From: Nostoc punctiforme PCC 73102
GTDB lineage: Bacteria; Cyanobacteriota; Cyanobacteriia; Cyanobacteriales; Nostocaceae
DNA length: 32,000 nucleotides
NCBI RefSeq assembly: GCF_000020025.1
Contig: NC_010628.1
Location: forward strand, 1,860,001-1,892,000
Direction of reading: 5' to 3'
A program made the translations under genes and the position numbers. How positions within the stretch are numbered: the stretch's first letter is position 1; each line of letters opens with the position of its first letter. This document shows, piece by piece, positions 1 through 7,499 of this stretch. The notes below the pieces were generated by a model. The model had not been told where the DNA came from. It was given only the letters and a program-made list of their open reading frames with translations, and did not search any database.

Positions 1-2
1 CA

Positions 3-383
3 AAGCCAACCGAGAAAAGTGATATTACTGCCAGTTCGGAATTAGGTGTTGCAGGTGCGATCAACATTAACGCACCCGATACCAGTTCCATCCTAAACAG
101 CTTCACCGAATTATCCCCAGTCATCGACACCAATGCACTCATCGCCAATAGTTGCATTTCACGTGGCATCAAACGACAAGAAAACTCTTTTACCATAACA
201 GGTTCTGGTGCTTTGACCCCTAATCGTCCAGGGGTTTCGGTTTCTACCTACACAACTGGAGAGGTGAGAGGTGTAGAAACTACATCCCGTCTCTGGAAGA
301 AAGGCGATCCGATTATTGAACCACAAGGATTATATCGGCTGAATAATGGACAGTTGCTATTGAGTCGAGAATGTTCTAATTAG
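3..383 (+). CDS. 3' end of a large exoprotein gene (filamentous-haemagglutinin/TpsA-like), truncated at its 5' side by the window edge
   Basis: Frame 3 is open from the window edge to TAG 381-383. It is absent from the ORF track because no start codon lies in the window. The translation (..GVAGAININAPDTSSILNSFTELSPVIDTNALIANSCISRG..NSFTITGSGALTPNRPG..LYRLNNGQLLLSRECSN*) matches my recollection of the conserved C-terminal module of cyanobacterial haemagglutinin-like proteins. A TpsB gene lies at 1043-2770. Confidence 0.55.
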   Translation, partial: KPTEKSDITASSELGVAGAININAPDTSSILNSFTELSPVIDTNALIANSCISRGIKRQENSFTITGSGALTPNRPGVSVSTYTTGEVRGVETTSRLWKKGDPIIEPQGLYRLNNGQLLLSRECSN

Positions 384-424
384 TGTTGATTCGCTAAAAT
401 CAAAACAAACTGGAAAATCTGACT

Positions 425-1003
425 ATGGTAGCCATCCTCCAGCAACCGCCAAAAATGACCATCGAGGAGTATTTTGCATGGGAACTCCAGCAAGAACTTC
501 GTTACGAATATGTCAACGGCGAAGTTTTTGCAATGACAGGTGGTACAATTCCCCACAATGATATTGCACTTAACTTTTACAGAGTCTTATACCCACATTT
601 ACGGGCTAGAGGTTGTCGAGTGAATGTGTCGGATGTGAAAGTACAAGTTACTCCTCAAAGTCCTTATTATTATCCTGATGTTATCGTCAGTTGCGACCCT
701 CAAGATCTAAATGCCCGCAAATTTATTCAAAACCCGAAAATTATTGCCGAAGTTCTCTCCCCCAGTACAAGCGAGAAAGATAGGGGTGAAAAATTCACCA
801 ATTACCTGAAAATTCCCTCTTTACAAGAATATTTATTGATAGATTCGGAAAAAATTTCCGTCGAACGCTACTGTCGGGGAGAGGGCAAAATGTGGCTTTA
901 TTATCCCTACACTGAGGGAGATATGATTACCCTATCCAGTATCGAATTTGAGTTAGCGATCGCACCACTGTATGAAGGTATTATTTTTGAAGCAGAAGAA
1001 TAG
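425..1003 (+). CDS. Uma2-family (DUF820) nuclease-fold protein, putative endonuclease
   Basis: 192-aa ORF with the typical family layout: TIEEYFAWE..RYEYVNGEVFAMTGGT..HNDI, then YPDVIVSC and IIAEVLSPSTSEKDRGEKF..Y..IPSLQEYLLID. This family is highly multiplied in cyanobacterial genomes. Confidence 0.85.
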   Translation: MVAILQQPPKMTIEEYFAWELQQELRYEYVNGEVFAMTGGTIPHNDIALNFYRVLYPHLRARGCRVNVSDVKVQVTPQSPYYYPDVIVSCDPQDLNARKFIQNPKIIAEVLSPSTSEKDRGEKFTNYLKIPSLQEYLLIDSEKISVERYCRGEGKMWLYYPYTEGDMITLSSIEFELAIAPLYEGIIFEAEE

Positions 1004-1042
1004 CTTGATTTATAGTGCGATCGCTTTTTCTGTAAATGTAGT

Positions 1043-2770
1043 TCAAAACGGCTGATAGCGAACTGAAAAATTAAAGCCATTATCTTGCAGTGAACTGCCG
1101 CGATCGCTTGTGCCCATAAATGGTATACCATAGTCTGCACGCAATACCAAACCATTTAAAGGTTGCCAGTTCAAGCCTAAACCCAGGCTAGCAATGGTTT
1201 GTGGATCGGCATTAATACCGCGATTGTTCCAAGCTGTGCCAATATCAAAAAAGGGTATTAGCTGTAATGTTTCCACATTCGATGCTAGGGGAATACGAAC
1301 TTCCACACCTCCAACTATTCCATTGTCAGCAACAAGTTGATTTTGACTATAGCCGCGCACTGTATCTACTCCGCCAATACTGATTTTTTCGAGCGAAAGT
1401 AAGGAATCAGGAGTAAGTTGAGTGTTAACTTTGGCCAACATCAAAATGCGGGGAGATAGCCGTTGCACCCATTGAAATTGTCCTAACCAGGAGAAAAAAC
1501 GCCCATCAGTACCACTATCGTTGATGGTTGGATCAAAAGCATCGATGCCAAAACTAAATTGCGATCGCGCCGCTAAGACACTGTTAGCATTACGTTGTAA
1601 CCAATCTTGCGAAAAGCGAATTACCGTAACTCTTGATTTTCCATCTTCGGGGCCTTCAGTAAACGAGAAGGGAATATCATTGAGGATGTAGGTTTGACTG
1701 CGCCGTAAATCGAATGCCAATGAGAGAGCAAATTCGTTGTTTGGCGTGTGGGTTAGCGGTTGACGGATATTAAAAGAAAGGGTTTCGGCTTCGCTGCGGA
1801 TATTTAAATCACGAAATTCGCTTTCAATAATCCGGCTAGCACTGTTACTATAGCGGACACCAATAGTTCCATCTAGGGCGTTAAAGGGAATAGAATAATT
1901 GATATTGTAAATATCTAACCCTTCACTACCAGCATATTCAGCACTGAATTTATCTCCAAACCCTAATAAATTATCGTGAGCAATAAAAACACTCCCTTGT
2001 TCTGAACCAACGCTAGGTGATTGGTTATTTGCAAAGTTCACCCCAGCATGGAATGGTGGCGATTCGGTAATTGTCACCTGTAAAATATTGCTACCTGGGG
2101 TGCTACCTGCGGTTAACTCGGCATTGACTCGTTCAATTACGGGGTCAAGTTGTAATAATTGCAGCGCTTCTTCGAGACGTTTTTGGTTTAAAGGCTTACC
2201 CGCCAGCCGTGCAATCCGGGAACGCACGTATCCAGCTTGCAATCTTTCTAACCCTAAAATGGAAATTCCTTCAAGTTCGCCTTCCACAACTTGGATTTGC
2301 ACAACACCGCTAGCGATATCTTGATTGTTGGGAATAAATGCACCACTGCTGATATAGCCATTATCAACATAGAGTTTGGTGATTTGCGATCGCAGTTGCA
2401 ATAATTGCTCAAATGTAATGTTTGTATTTTCTAAGGGTTGTTTTAACTTGGTGATTTCATCTTTTAAAACAGAATAGCCTGTAATTTGGATTTCTTTGAC
2501 AAAGAAACTTTCGCCGCTAGGAAAAGTGGTATTGGGTTGATTTTCCTGTTGGGGTGATAGGAGTATAGGAACAGGTTGTGCAGGCGGTGTAGGAGCAATA
2601 CTTGGTGATGGTGATGGTTGAGGAATGGTTTCTTCCACTTTCCCTGGAATATCGGGGGGAATTGTCACTCCAGATGGGGGTGTCGATTGGGCAAATACTG
2701 CGATTGGAGTGATGTTTATGCAGGAAAATAATATGAAAAAAAGCTTTTGAAATCGAAGGTAGGAACCCAT
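1043..2770 (-). CDS. ShlB/FhaC/HecB-family two-partner-secretion outer-membrane transporter (TpsB)
   Basis: 575-aa ORF. It has a signal peptide (MGSYLRFQKLFFILFSCINITPIAVFAQS), a Pro-rich linker, a POTRA-like segment (FFVKEIQITGYSVL..LYVDNGYISSGAFIP) and a long beta-barrel-like C-terminal part ending in an aromatic residue (FNFSVRYQPF). Confidence 0.85.
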   Translation of the reverse strand: MGSYLRFQKLFFILFSCINITPIAVFAQSTPPSGVTIPPDIPGKVEETIPQPSPSPSIAPTPPAQPVPILLSPQQENQPNTTFPSGESFFVKEIQITGYSVLKDEITKLKQPLENTNITFEQLLQLRSQITKLYVDNGYISSGAFIPNNQDIASGVVQIQVVEGELEGISILGLERLQAGYVRSRIARLAGKPLNQKRLEEALQLLQLDPVIERVNAELTAGSTPGSNILQVTITESPPFHAGVNFANNQSPSVGSEQGSVFIAHDNLLGFGDKFSAEYAGSEGLDIYNINYSIPFNALDGTIGVRYSNSASRIIESEFRDLNIRSEAETLSFNIRQPLTHTPNNEFALSLAFDLRRSQTYILNDIPFSFTEGPEDGKSRVTVIRFSQDWLQRNANSVLAARSQFSFGIDAFDPTINDSGTDGRFFSWLGQFQWVQRLSPRILMLAKVNTQLTPDSLLSLEKISIGGVDTVRGYSQNQLVADNGIVGGVEVRIPLASNVETLQLIPFFDIGTAWNNRGINADPQTIASLGLGLNWQPLNGLVLRADYGIPFMGTSDRGSSLQDNGFNFSVRYQPF

Positions 2771-2977
2771 TGTTTATATAATCTGTAAAAGATAGTGTCT
2801 AGTGCTATATCCGACTTCTGTTTAATAAGTAATCAAGCAGACATGATACTAGTAGAGCCTCTGTAATTGTGTTCCCAGACCTCAGCGTGGAAGAGAATAT
2901 TATTTAATTAAAATACCATAATAAATTTCTTGATGATTGCACTTTTATGCAATCATCAAAATCCCATTGGAAAATTC

Positions 2978-3349
2978 CTAATATTCTTGATAGTCGCCTC
3001 TATGACCGTAAAAAGTTATTCCATAGGTGCTGCAAAGATTAGCTTGACGCATGAGATCATAAGTGCCATCGCTATAAATGGCTTTAACGTCATAGGTACA
3101 TTGATTGCTGCTATTGCCAAATGTAATCATGTCAAATGAACCGTTAACAATATCTGAATTGAGAATATTATTACCCCAATATCTAGATTTTGCTGAGGAT
3201 ACATATAGTTGAGTAATTTCTAACTCATTGTTGTTGTAAACCAAGAAATCACGGATATCGTTTGCAAGAGCATTCTGACTTGTTAAAGGTACTATTGGAA
3301 ATGCTAAAGTTGTTACTAAAACTGTATTGCGAACTACCTTAGAAAACAT
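2978..3349 (-). CDS. Small secreted protein of unknown function
   Basis: 123-aa ORF with an N-terminal signal peptide (MFSKVVRNTVLVTTLAFPIVPLTSQNALA) and two Cys in the mature part. A GAGAGGTG Shine-Dalgarno-like motif lies a few nt upstream of the ATG. The locus is AT-rich and HIP1-poor. Confidence 0.55.
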   Translation of the reverse strand: MFSKVVRNTVLVTTLAFPIVPLTSQNALANDIRDFLVYNNNELEITQLYVSSAKSRYWGNNILNSDIVNGSFDMITFGNSSNQCTYDVKAIYSDGTYDLMRQANLCSTYGITFYGHRGDYQEY

Positions 3350-3654
3350 AATACACCTCTCAATCTGAATTAATAAAAGTTACAAAAATTTCATCAGCAA
3401 TGGTTGACAAATTGACGATTTTTGTCTTTTTCGATTTATGAACCGTTTCTTTAATACTCAGATTAAGGGAAACGACTAGGAAATACATTCACCTTTTATG
3501 CACATATACGTGCCTAATTTGGATGGTGCGATCGCATAATAGTACGTGCTATTTTGCAGAAAACTGTATGTAGTATTTTGTAGGGTTGCCAATCAAAAAT
3601 ATAAATATGTCTCACGCAGTCGTTCCCGCTTTCTTCGCTCGACTTTATCCAAAA

Positions 3655-4131
3655 TTAAGAACTCGGTTTTCTTTATCCGGCAAAAACCCTGGCTTTTTGG
3701 CAGATACTTTTTCCACACACAGATTCTCGATGACGAAAACTATTGTCTGTATTCTCTTCACCGCCGATGGTAGCTAAATGATTAGCAATAGTAGCGATGT
3801 CTAAAACAGGCTTACGCCTAGCCACCAGCAAAATTTGGCATCTGGCTACTGGAGACAGCCTTGCTAGACTAGAGAATCATCAAAATTGAGTACAGTCAAT
3901 CAGTCTGAACTACGGCGAGCAAACTCTCCTCAGTCATAGCCAAGATTAAACAATCAATTACTGGGATATTGCGACAGGAAAATGTTGGTAAACTTTCCAG
4001 TCAGCCCGTCCTTATGAAGGGAGGATAATTACAAAGCTAAAGGGTTGAACGAGGCCAAGATGTCAACTATAGAAGTTTTAGGGGCTGTAGAGATGAATTC
4101 AGGATGTTCAATGACTGTCAACTTTCGCTAA
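3655..4131 (+). pseudogene. Decayed 3' fragment of a WD40-repeat protein gene
   Basis: One frame from 3830 reads KIWHLATGDSLARLENHQN*VQSISLNYGEQTLLSHSQD*TINYWDIATGKCW*TFQSARPYEG. This is the canonical WD40 unit (..LW....G..L.TL.GH..WV.SV.FSPDG..LASGS.D.TI.LWD) with three in-frame stops. An upstream repeat (..ILFTADGS*MISNSSDV*) lies in another frame. The typical tail (..KGLNEAKMSTIEVLGAVE) follows after a further frameshift and ends at TAA 4129-4131. Confidence 0.6.
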
Positions 4132-4163
4132 ATTGGAAAAAGGAAAACTCAAGGAAATCTTAA

Positions 4164-4859
4164 ATGTCAGCACAATTGTTACTGGTGGATGATGAACCAG
4201 GGATACGGGAAGCCGTGAAAGACTATTTGCAAGAGAGCGGTTTCAGCGTTCAAGTCGCCAGTAACGCCCTTGAAGGTTGGGAATGGATGCAGATGAATAC
4301 ACCTGACTTAGTGATATCCGATGTCATGATGCCCCAGGTGGATGGCTATCAGTTCCTCAAGCAACTGCGAGAAGACCCCCGCTTCCAAGCACTGCCAGTA
4401 GTATTTTTAACTGCTAAGGGTATGACTGGCGATCGCATCCAAGGCTATCATGCTGGTGTTGATGCTTATTTACCCAAACCCTTCGATCCTGATGAGTTAG
4501 TGGCTATAGTCGAAAATTTGCTAGCCCGCCGCGCTGCTAAGACTACAACTACAGGAGATGACGCTGAAACACCCGATCTTGCTGAACTAGCCAATCAGAT
4601 TGCCCAAATTAAAGCATTATTAACCCAAAGAAATGCCATTTCCCAATCGCCAGCCCCTTTTAAAATTGATTTGACTCCCAGAGAACAAAGTGTTTTAAAC
4701 TTGGTCGCTGAAGGGTTGATGAATAAAGAAATCGCCCGTCGTTTGGAAACTAGCGTCCGCAATGTAGAAAAGTACGTCAGCCGTTTATTTAGTAAAACTG
4801 GCACTAATAGCCGTACAGAGTTAGTTCGCTTTGCTCTAGAACACGGTCTGGCTAAATAG
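4164..4859 (+). CDS. NarL/LuxR-type two-component response regulator (REC + LuxR HTH)
   Basis: 231 aa. The receiver domain has an acidic pocket (LLVDDEP), a phospho-acceptor context (DLVISDVMMP) and KPF. The C-terminal LuxR-type HTH reads LTPREQSVLNLVAEGLMNKEIARRLETSVRNVEKYVSRLFSKTG. No cognate kinase is adjacent. Confidence 0.9.
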   Translation: MSAQLLLVDDEPGIREAVKDYLQESGFSVQVASNALEGWEWMQMNTPDLVISDVMMPQVDGYQFLKQLREDPRFQALPVVFLTAKGMTGDRIQGYHAGVDAYLPKPFDPDELVAIVENLLARRAAKTTTTGDDAETPDLAELANQIAQIKALLTQRNAISQSPAPFKIDLTPREQSVLNLVAEGLMNKEIARRLETSVRNVEKYVSRLFSKTGTNSRTELVRFALEHGLAK

Positions 4860-4885
4860 GTATTGTGGGCAAAAGAGGCAGAGGT

Positions 4886-4985
4886 GCAGGGGGCAGAGCG
4901 CAAGGGAGAAAATCAATACTTCTTCCTCCTGCGCTCCCTGCTCCCCTGCTTCTTCCTTATCTCCCTCATCTTCCCCTGCTCCCTT
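4886..4985. repeat. G/C-skewed dispersed repeat block forming an imperfect hairpin just after the response-regulator stop
   Basis: An imperfect inverted repeat is formed by GCAGGGGGCAGAGCGCAAGGGAG (4886-4908) and CTCCTGCGCTCCCTGCTCCCCTGC (4926-4949). The 14-mer CCTGCTCCCCTGCT (4937-4950) recurs exactly at 30421-30434. A related CTGCTCC motif sits at about 12745-12765. It may act as a terminator, but it has no U-tract. Confidence 0.4.
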
Positions 4986-5455
4986 ACTCTTAGGTAATTG
5001 GTAATAGGTAACTGGCTGTCAAACCATAACCTAATACTGGTAATAGATAAAACATAAGTATTTTAGCAAATCAGGCACTTAGCTAAAGTAAAAAGCTAAA
5101 AGCAAGGTTATTTATGTTTACTTTGGTCTTTTAGGTTTTCATTGGATTCGCGCCTGTTGTGCAATTCCCCATCTGTAAAGACACAGGTTTTTCTTCCTGC
5201 AATTTTTGATAAAAACTCGGTAAAATGCACCCGGCTGAGTTGGCTCTCAGATTCTACCAGTACCCTTTGCTACAAAGTTTTTTAATAGAGGAAACTGTTC
5301 CTGGGACTTTGCGCTGCTAAATAAGACTTTCACAAAGTAAAAATCACAAGATTTGATGAATTCTACTTGCTGCTTAGTTTTTATTGCAACGGGGCTATGG
5401 GATCAACATTTGATTTGATGCCCAATTCATGCTTCTTACTACTTAAATTACACAT

Positions 5456-5740
5456 TTAAGTAGGTGGATTTTCAGCAGCATTACGCAAGCGCATAAGCTG
5501 ACGGCGCATTTGAGGTGAAGCTTTAAACTCAGACACTTCCTGCGCTTTAACGGACGCTTGTAGCGTCTCTAGAAAGTCATCAGAACCTTCGGTTAAAGCA
5601 TCAAGTAGCACTTGTAAGAGTTGCTCGCGATCGCTCAATAGACTCTTTTCCTCAATCAACCGGAATTTGAGATGGATTTCGCACTCATAAACACCTACTT
5701 CGAGATTATTTATCTGGCGTGGTAATGCTTTGGAGTTCAT
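5456..5740 (-). CDS. Small conserved cyanobacterial protein, possibly of the Npun_R1517-type family annotated as a heterocyst-differentiation regulator
   Basis: 94-aa ORF with predicted helical, acidic character (..LLQVLLDALTEGSDDFLETLQASVKAQEV..RRQLMRLRNAAE). The family assignment rests only on my memory of RefSeq naming and on gene order relative to narB-nrtP-nirA in Nostoc punctiforme. It has not been verified. Confidence 0.55.
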   Translation of the reverse strand: MNSKALPRQINNLEVGVYECEIHLKFRLIEEKSLLSDREQLLQVLLDALTEGSDDFLETLQASVKAQEVSEFKASPQMRRQLMRLRNAAENPPT

Positions 5741-6621
5741 AGCTATTGAGATTCCTTTACTTGGTTGTCATGAGCGTAAGGAGGTAGATGTCCAGCAAAA
5801 ATTCTTTATATCTCTTTTGAATCCAAAGTGCTTGAATTAAGAATTTTTCTTCATCAATCACTTTTGTAATCCATTTCACTCTCCTGTGTTTTATTTACAA
5901 GCTAAATTTTCACTGTCTAGATTTTGATGTTCCTGTGCCAGATGTAGCTTATGGTAAGCCATAACTATTATTCAGTTTTTAAGATTCTACACAATAAAGT
6001 TTCTGTAAGAAGTTGTTCAACCTTTTTAAAGCTTTTTACATCAACTTTATGTGAACGTCAATAACAGTTGGACTTGTTACTTTAATTTTGGTGTTTATAC
6101 GTAAGTAAAATTGCTTGATTTTTTTGAACTTATTAAAGCCAGAGGTCGATGTAGCACTATTCAGTGAAATTACTTGATGTACGTTTTTTGCAATAGAAAA
6201 TTCAGAAGATATTCGTCAGCAGAATTATTAAGGTAAAAACTTTTGTTCTCCATAAAAAAATGTACACAGATCAAATTATTCCTTGTGAATGCTTCACCTT
6301 ACTGGCTTTGAGGCTTTATGAGTAAGAAAACCCTAGCATTAGTTAAGATTCACACACCACTTTGACTTGTTTGTATACCCTAAATAAAAAAGTAATTTTT
6401 ACAGAAAAATAATTGCACTACTGTCAGTACTAGCTGCTAAATGTGTCTTGAACTCATAACAGAAGTAGTAAGTTAATTCAGTACAGGTGATATTTTTACT
6501 TATGCCCATTCAATATACTCTTTTGAAACTGCGTTCAAAGCTTGTAAATTGAGAGCATTCAAGCTTGAATATAGCGTTTACAATAATTTCAGTGTAATCC
6601 ACCCAAATCTTACACCCTTTT

Positions 6622-6987
6622 ATGGATAACCCCATGCTGCTCAAGTCCACAACCCGTCATGTCCGCATTTTTGCAGGCGAGATCGACCGGGATGGCGACC
6701 TAGTTCCAAGTCAACAGGTCTTAACGTTAGATATTGACCCAGATAACGAATTTAACTGGAATGAAGACGCGCTGCAAAAAGTTTATCGAAAATTTGATGA
6801 ACTAGTAGAAGCATCCAGTGGCGCAGACCTCACGGACTATAATTTGCGCCGTGTGGGGTCAGACTTAGAGCATTATCTGCGATCGCTCCTGCAACTCGGC
6901 GAAATCAGCTACAATCTGTCTGCCCGCGTTACCAACTACAGCATGGGAGTCCCCCAAGTTGCAATTGACGACAAACAAGTAAGCTAA
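6622..6987 (+). CDS. ndhM: NAD(P)H-quinone oxidoreductase (NDH-1) subunit M
   Basis: The translation MLLKSTTRHVRIFAGEI..LTLDIDPDNEFNWNEDALQKVYRKFDELV..YNLRRVGSDLEHYLRSLLQLGEISYNL..RVTNYSMG follows the NdhM sequence pattern I recall from Synechocystis and Thermosynechococcus. The real start may be the ATG at 6634 (MLLKST). Confidence 0.9.
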   Translation: MDNPMLLKSTTRHVRIFAGEIDRDGDLVPSQQVLTLDIDPDNEFNWNEDALQKVYRKFDELVEASSGADLTDYNLRRVGSDLEHYLRSLLQLGEISYNLSARVTNYSMGVPQVAIDDKQVS

Positions 6988-7056
6988 AAAGTTGCTAGGA
7001 GTCTGGCTGAACCCTTCTGACAATTCAGGAAACTCATCAGCAAAAGCCCACGAAAA

Positions 7057-7083
7057 TCCCCTTTCCCGACGTAGGAAGGGGGA
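7057..7083 (+). terminator. Stem-loop about 70 nt downstream of ndhM (weak terminator candidate)
   Basis: TCCCCTTTCC (7057-7066), loop CGACGTA, GGAAGGGGGA (7074-7083). This gives a 10-bp stem with one G-U pair. No U-tract follows on the plus strand. Confidence 0.3.
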
Positions 7084-7499
7084 ATTCATGCGCTACTTTT
7101 GCCAAAATTATATTTGCTATTCTTAATTCTTAATTAAAGTTAATTGTTGCTATCCTACTTATAAACTAAATAAATGCCAACATTCTCTGCCTCTTGATGA
7201 TGCGATAATTCAGCAAAAGCTTGGGGCGCAGTTATGCTTGGGTTATGCTTTGTTAACAGGGTTGGAGCTAGTTGCTTTGGCGATTGAGAGTCACAGAGCA
7301 ATAGAAGCTATGATGAGGCTGGAGGGTTGACTTAGGAGCGTGTTTTTTAGATAAGTTAAGTATTAGCACCTGCTGATATCCACCAGCTAAAATCATCATC
7401 TAAAGTCTGGGTATGTCAATTTTAAGAAAGATGAGCGGTCTAGATTGTCCCTACTAATGCTGTTAAAGAAATTGCCAATCGCTGATCGGTGCGAAAACT

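Noticed and set aside
3546-3777. Two overlapping short plus-strand ORFs (75 and 63 aa)
   Set aside because: They are better explained as open pieces of the decayed WD40 gene remnant than as independent genes.
5741-6621. A PatS-like micro-ORF (RGSGR), a DIF TCCGGA motif or an NtcA box in the long AT-rich tract
   Set aside because: None of these motifs was found when reading both strands. The tract is reported only as unexplained non-coding DNA.
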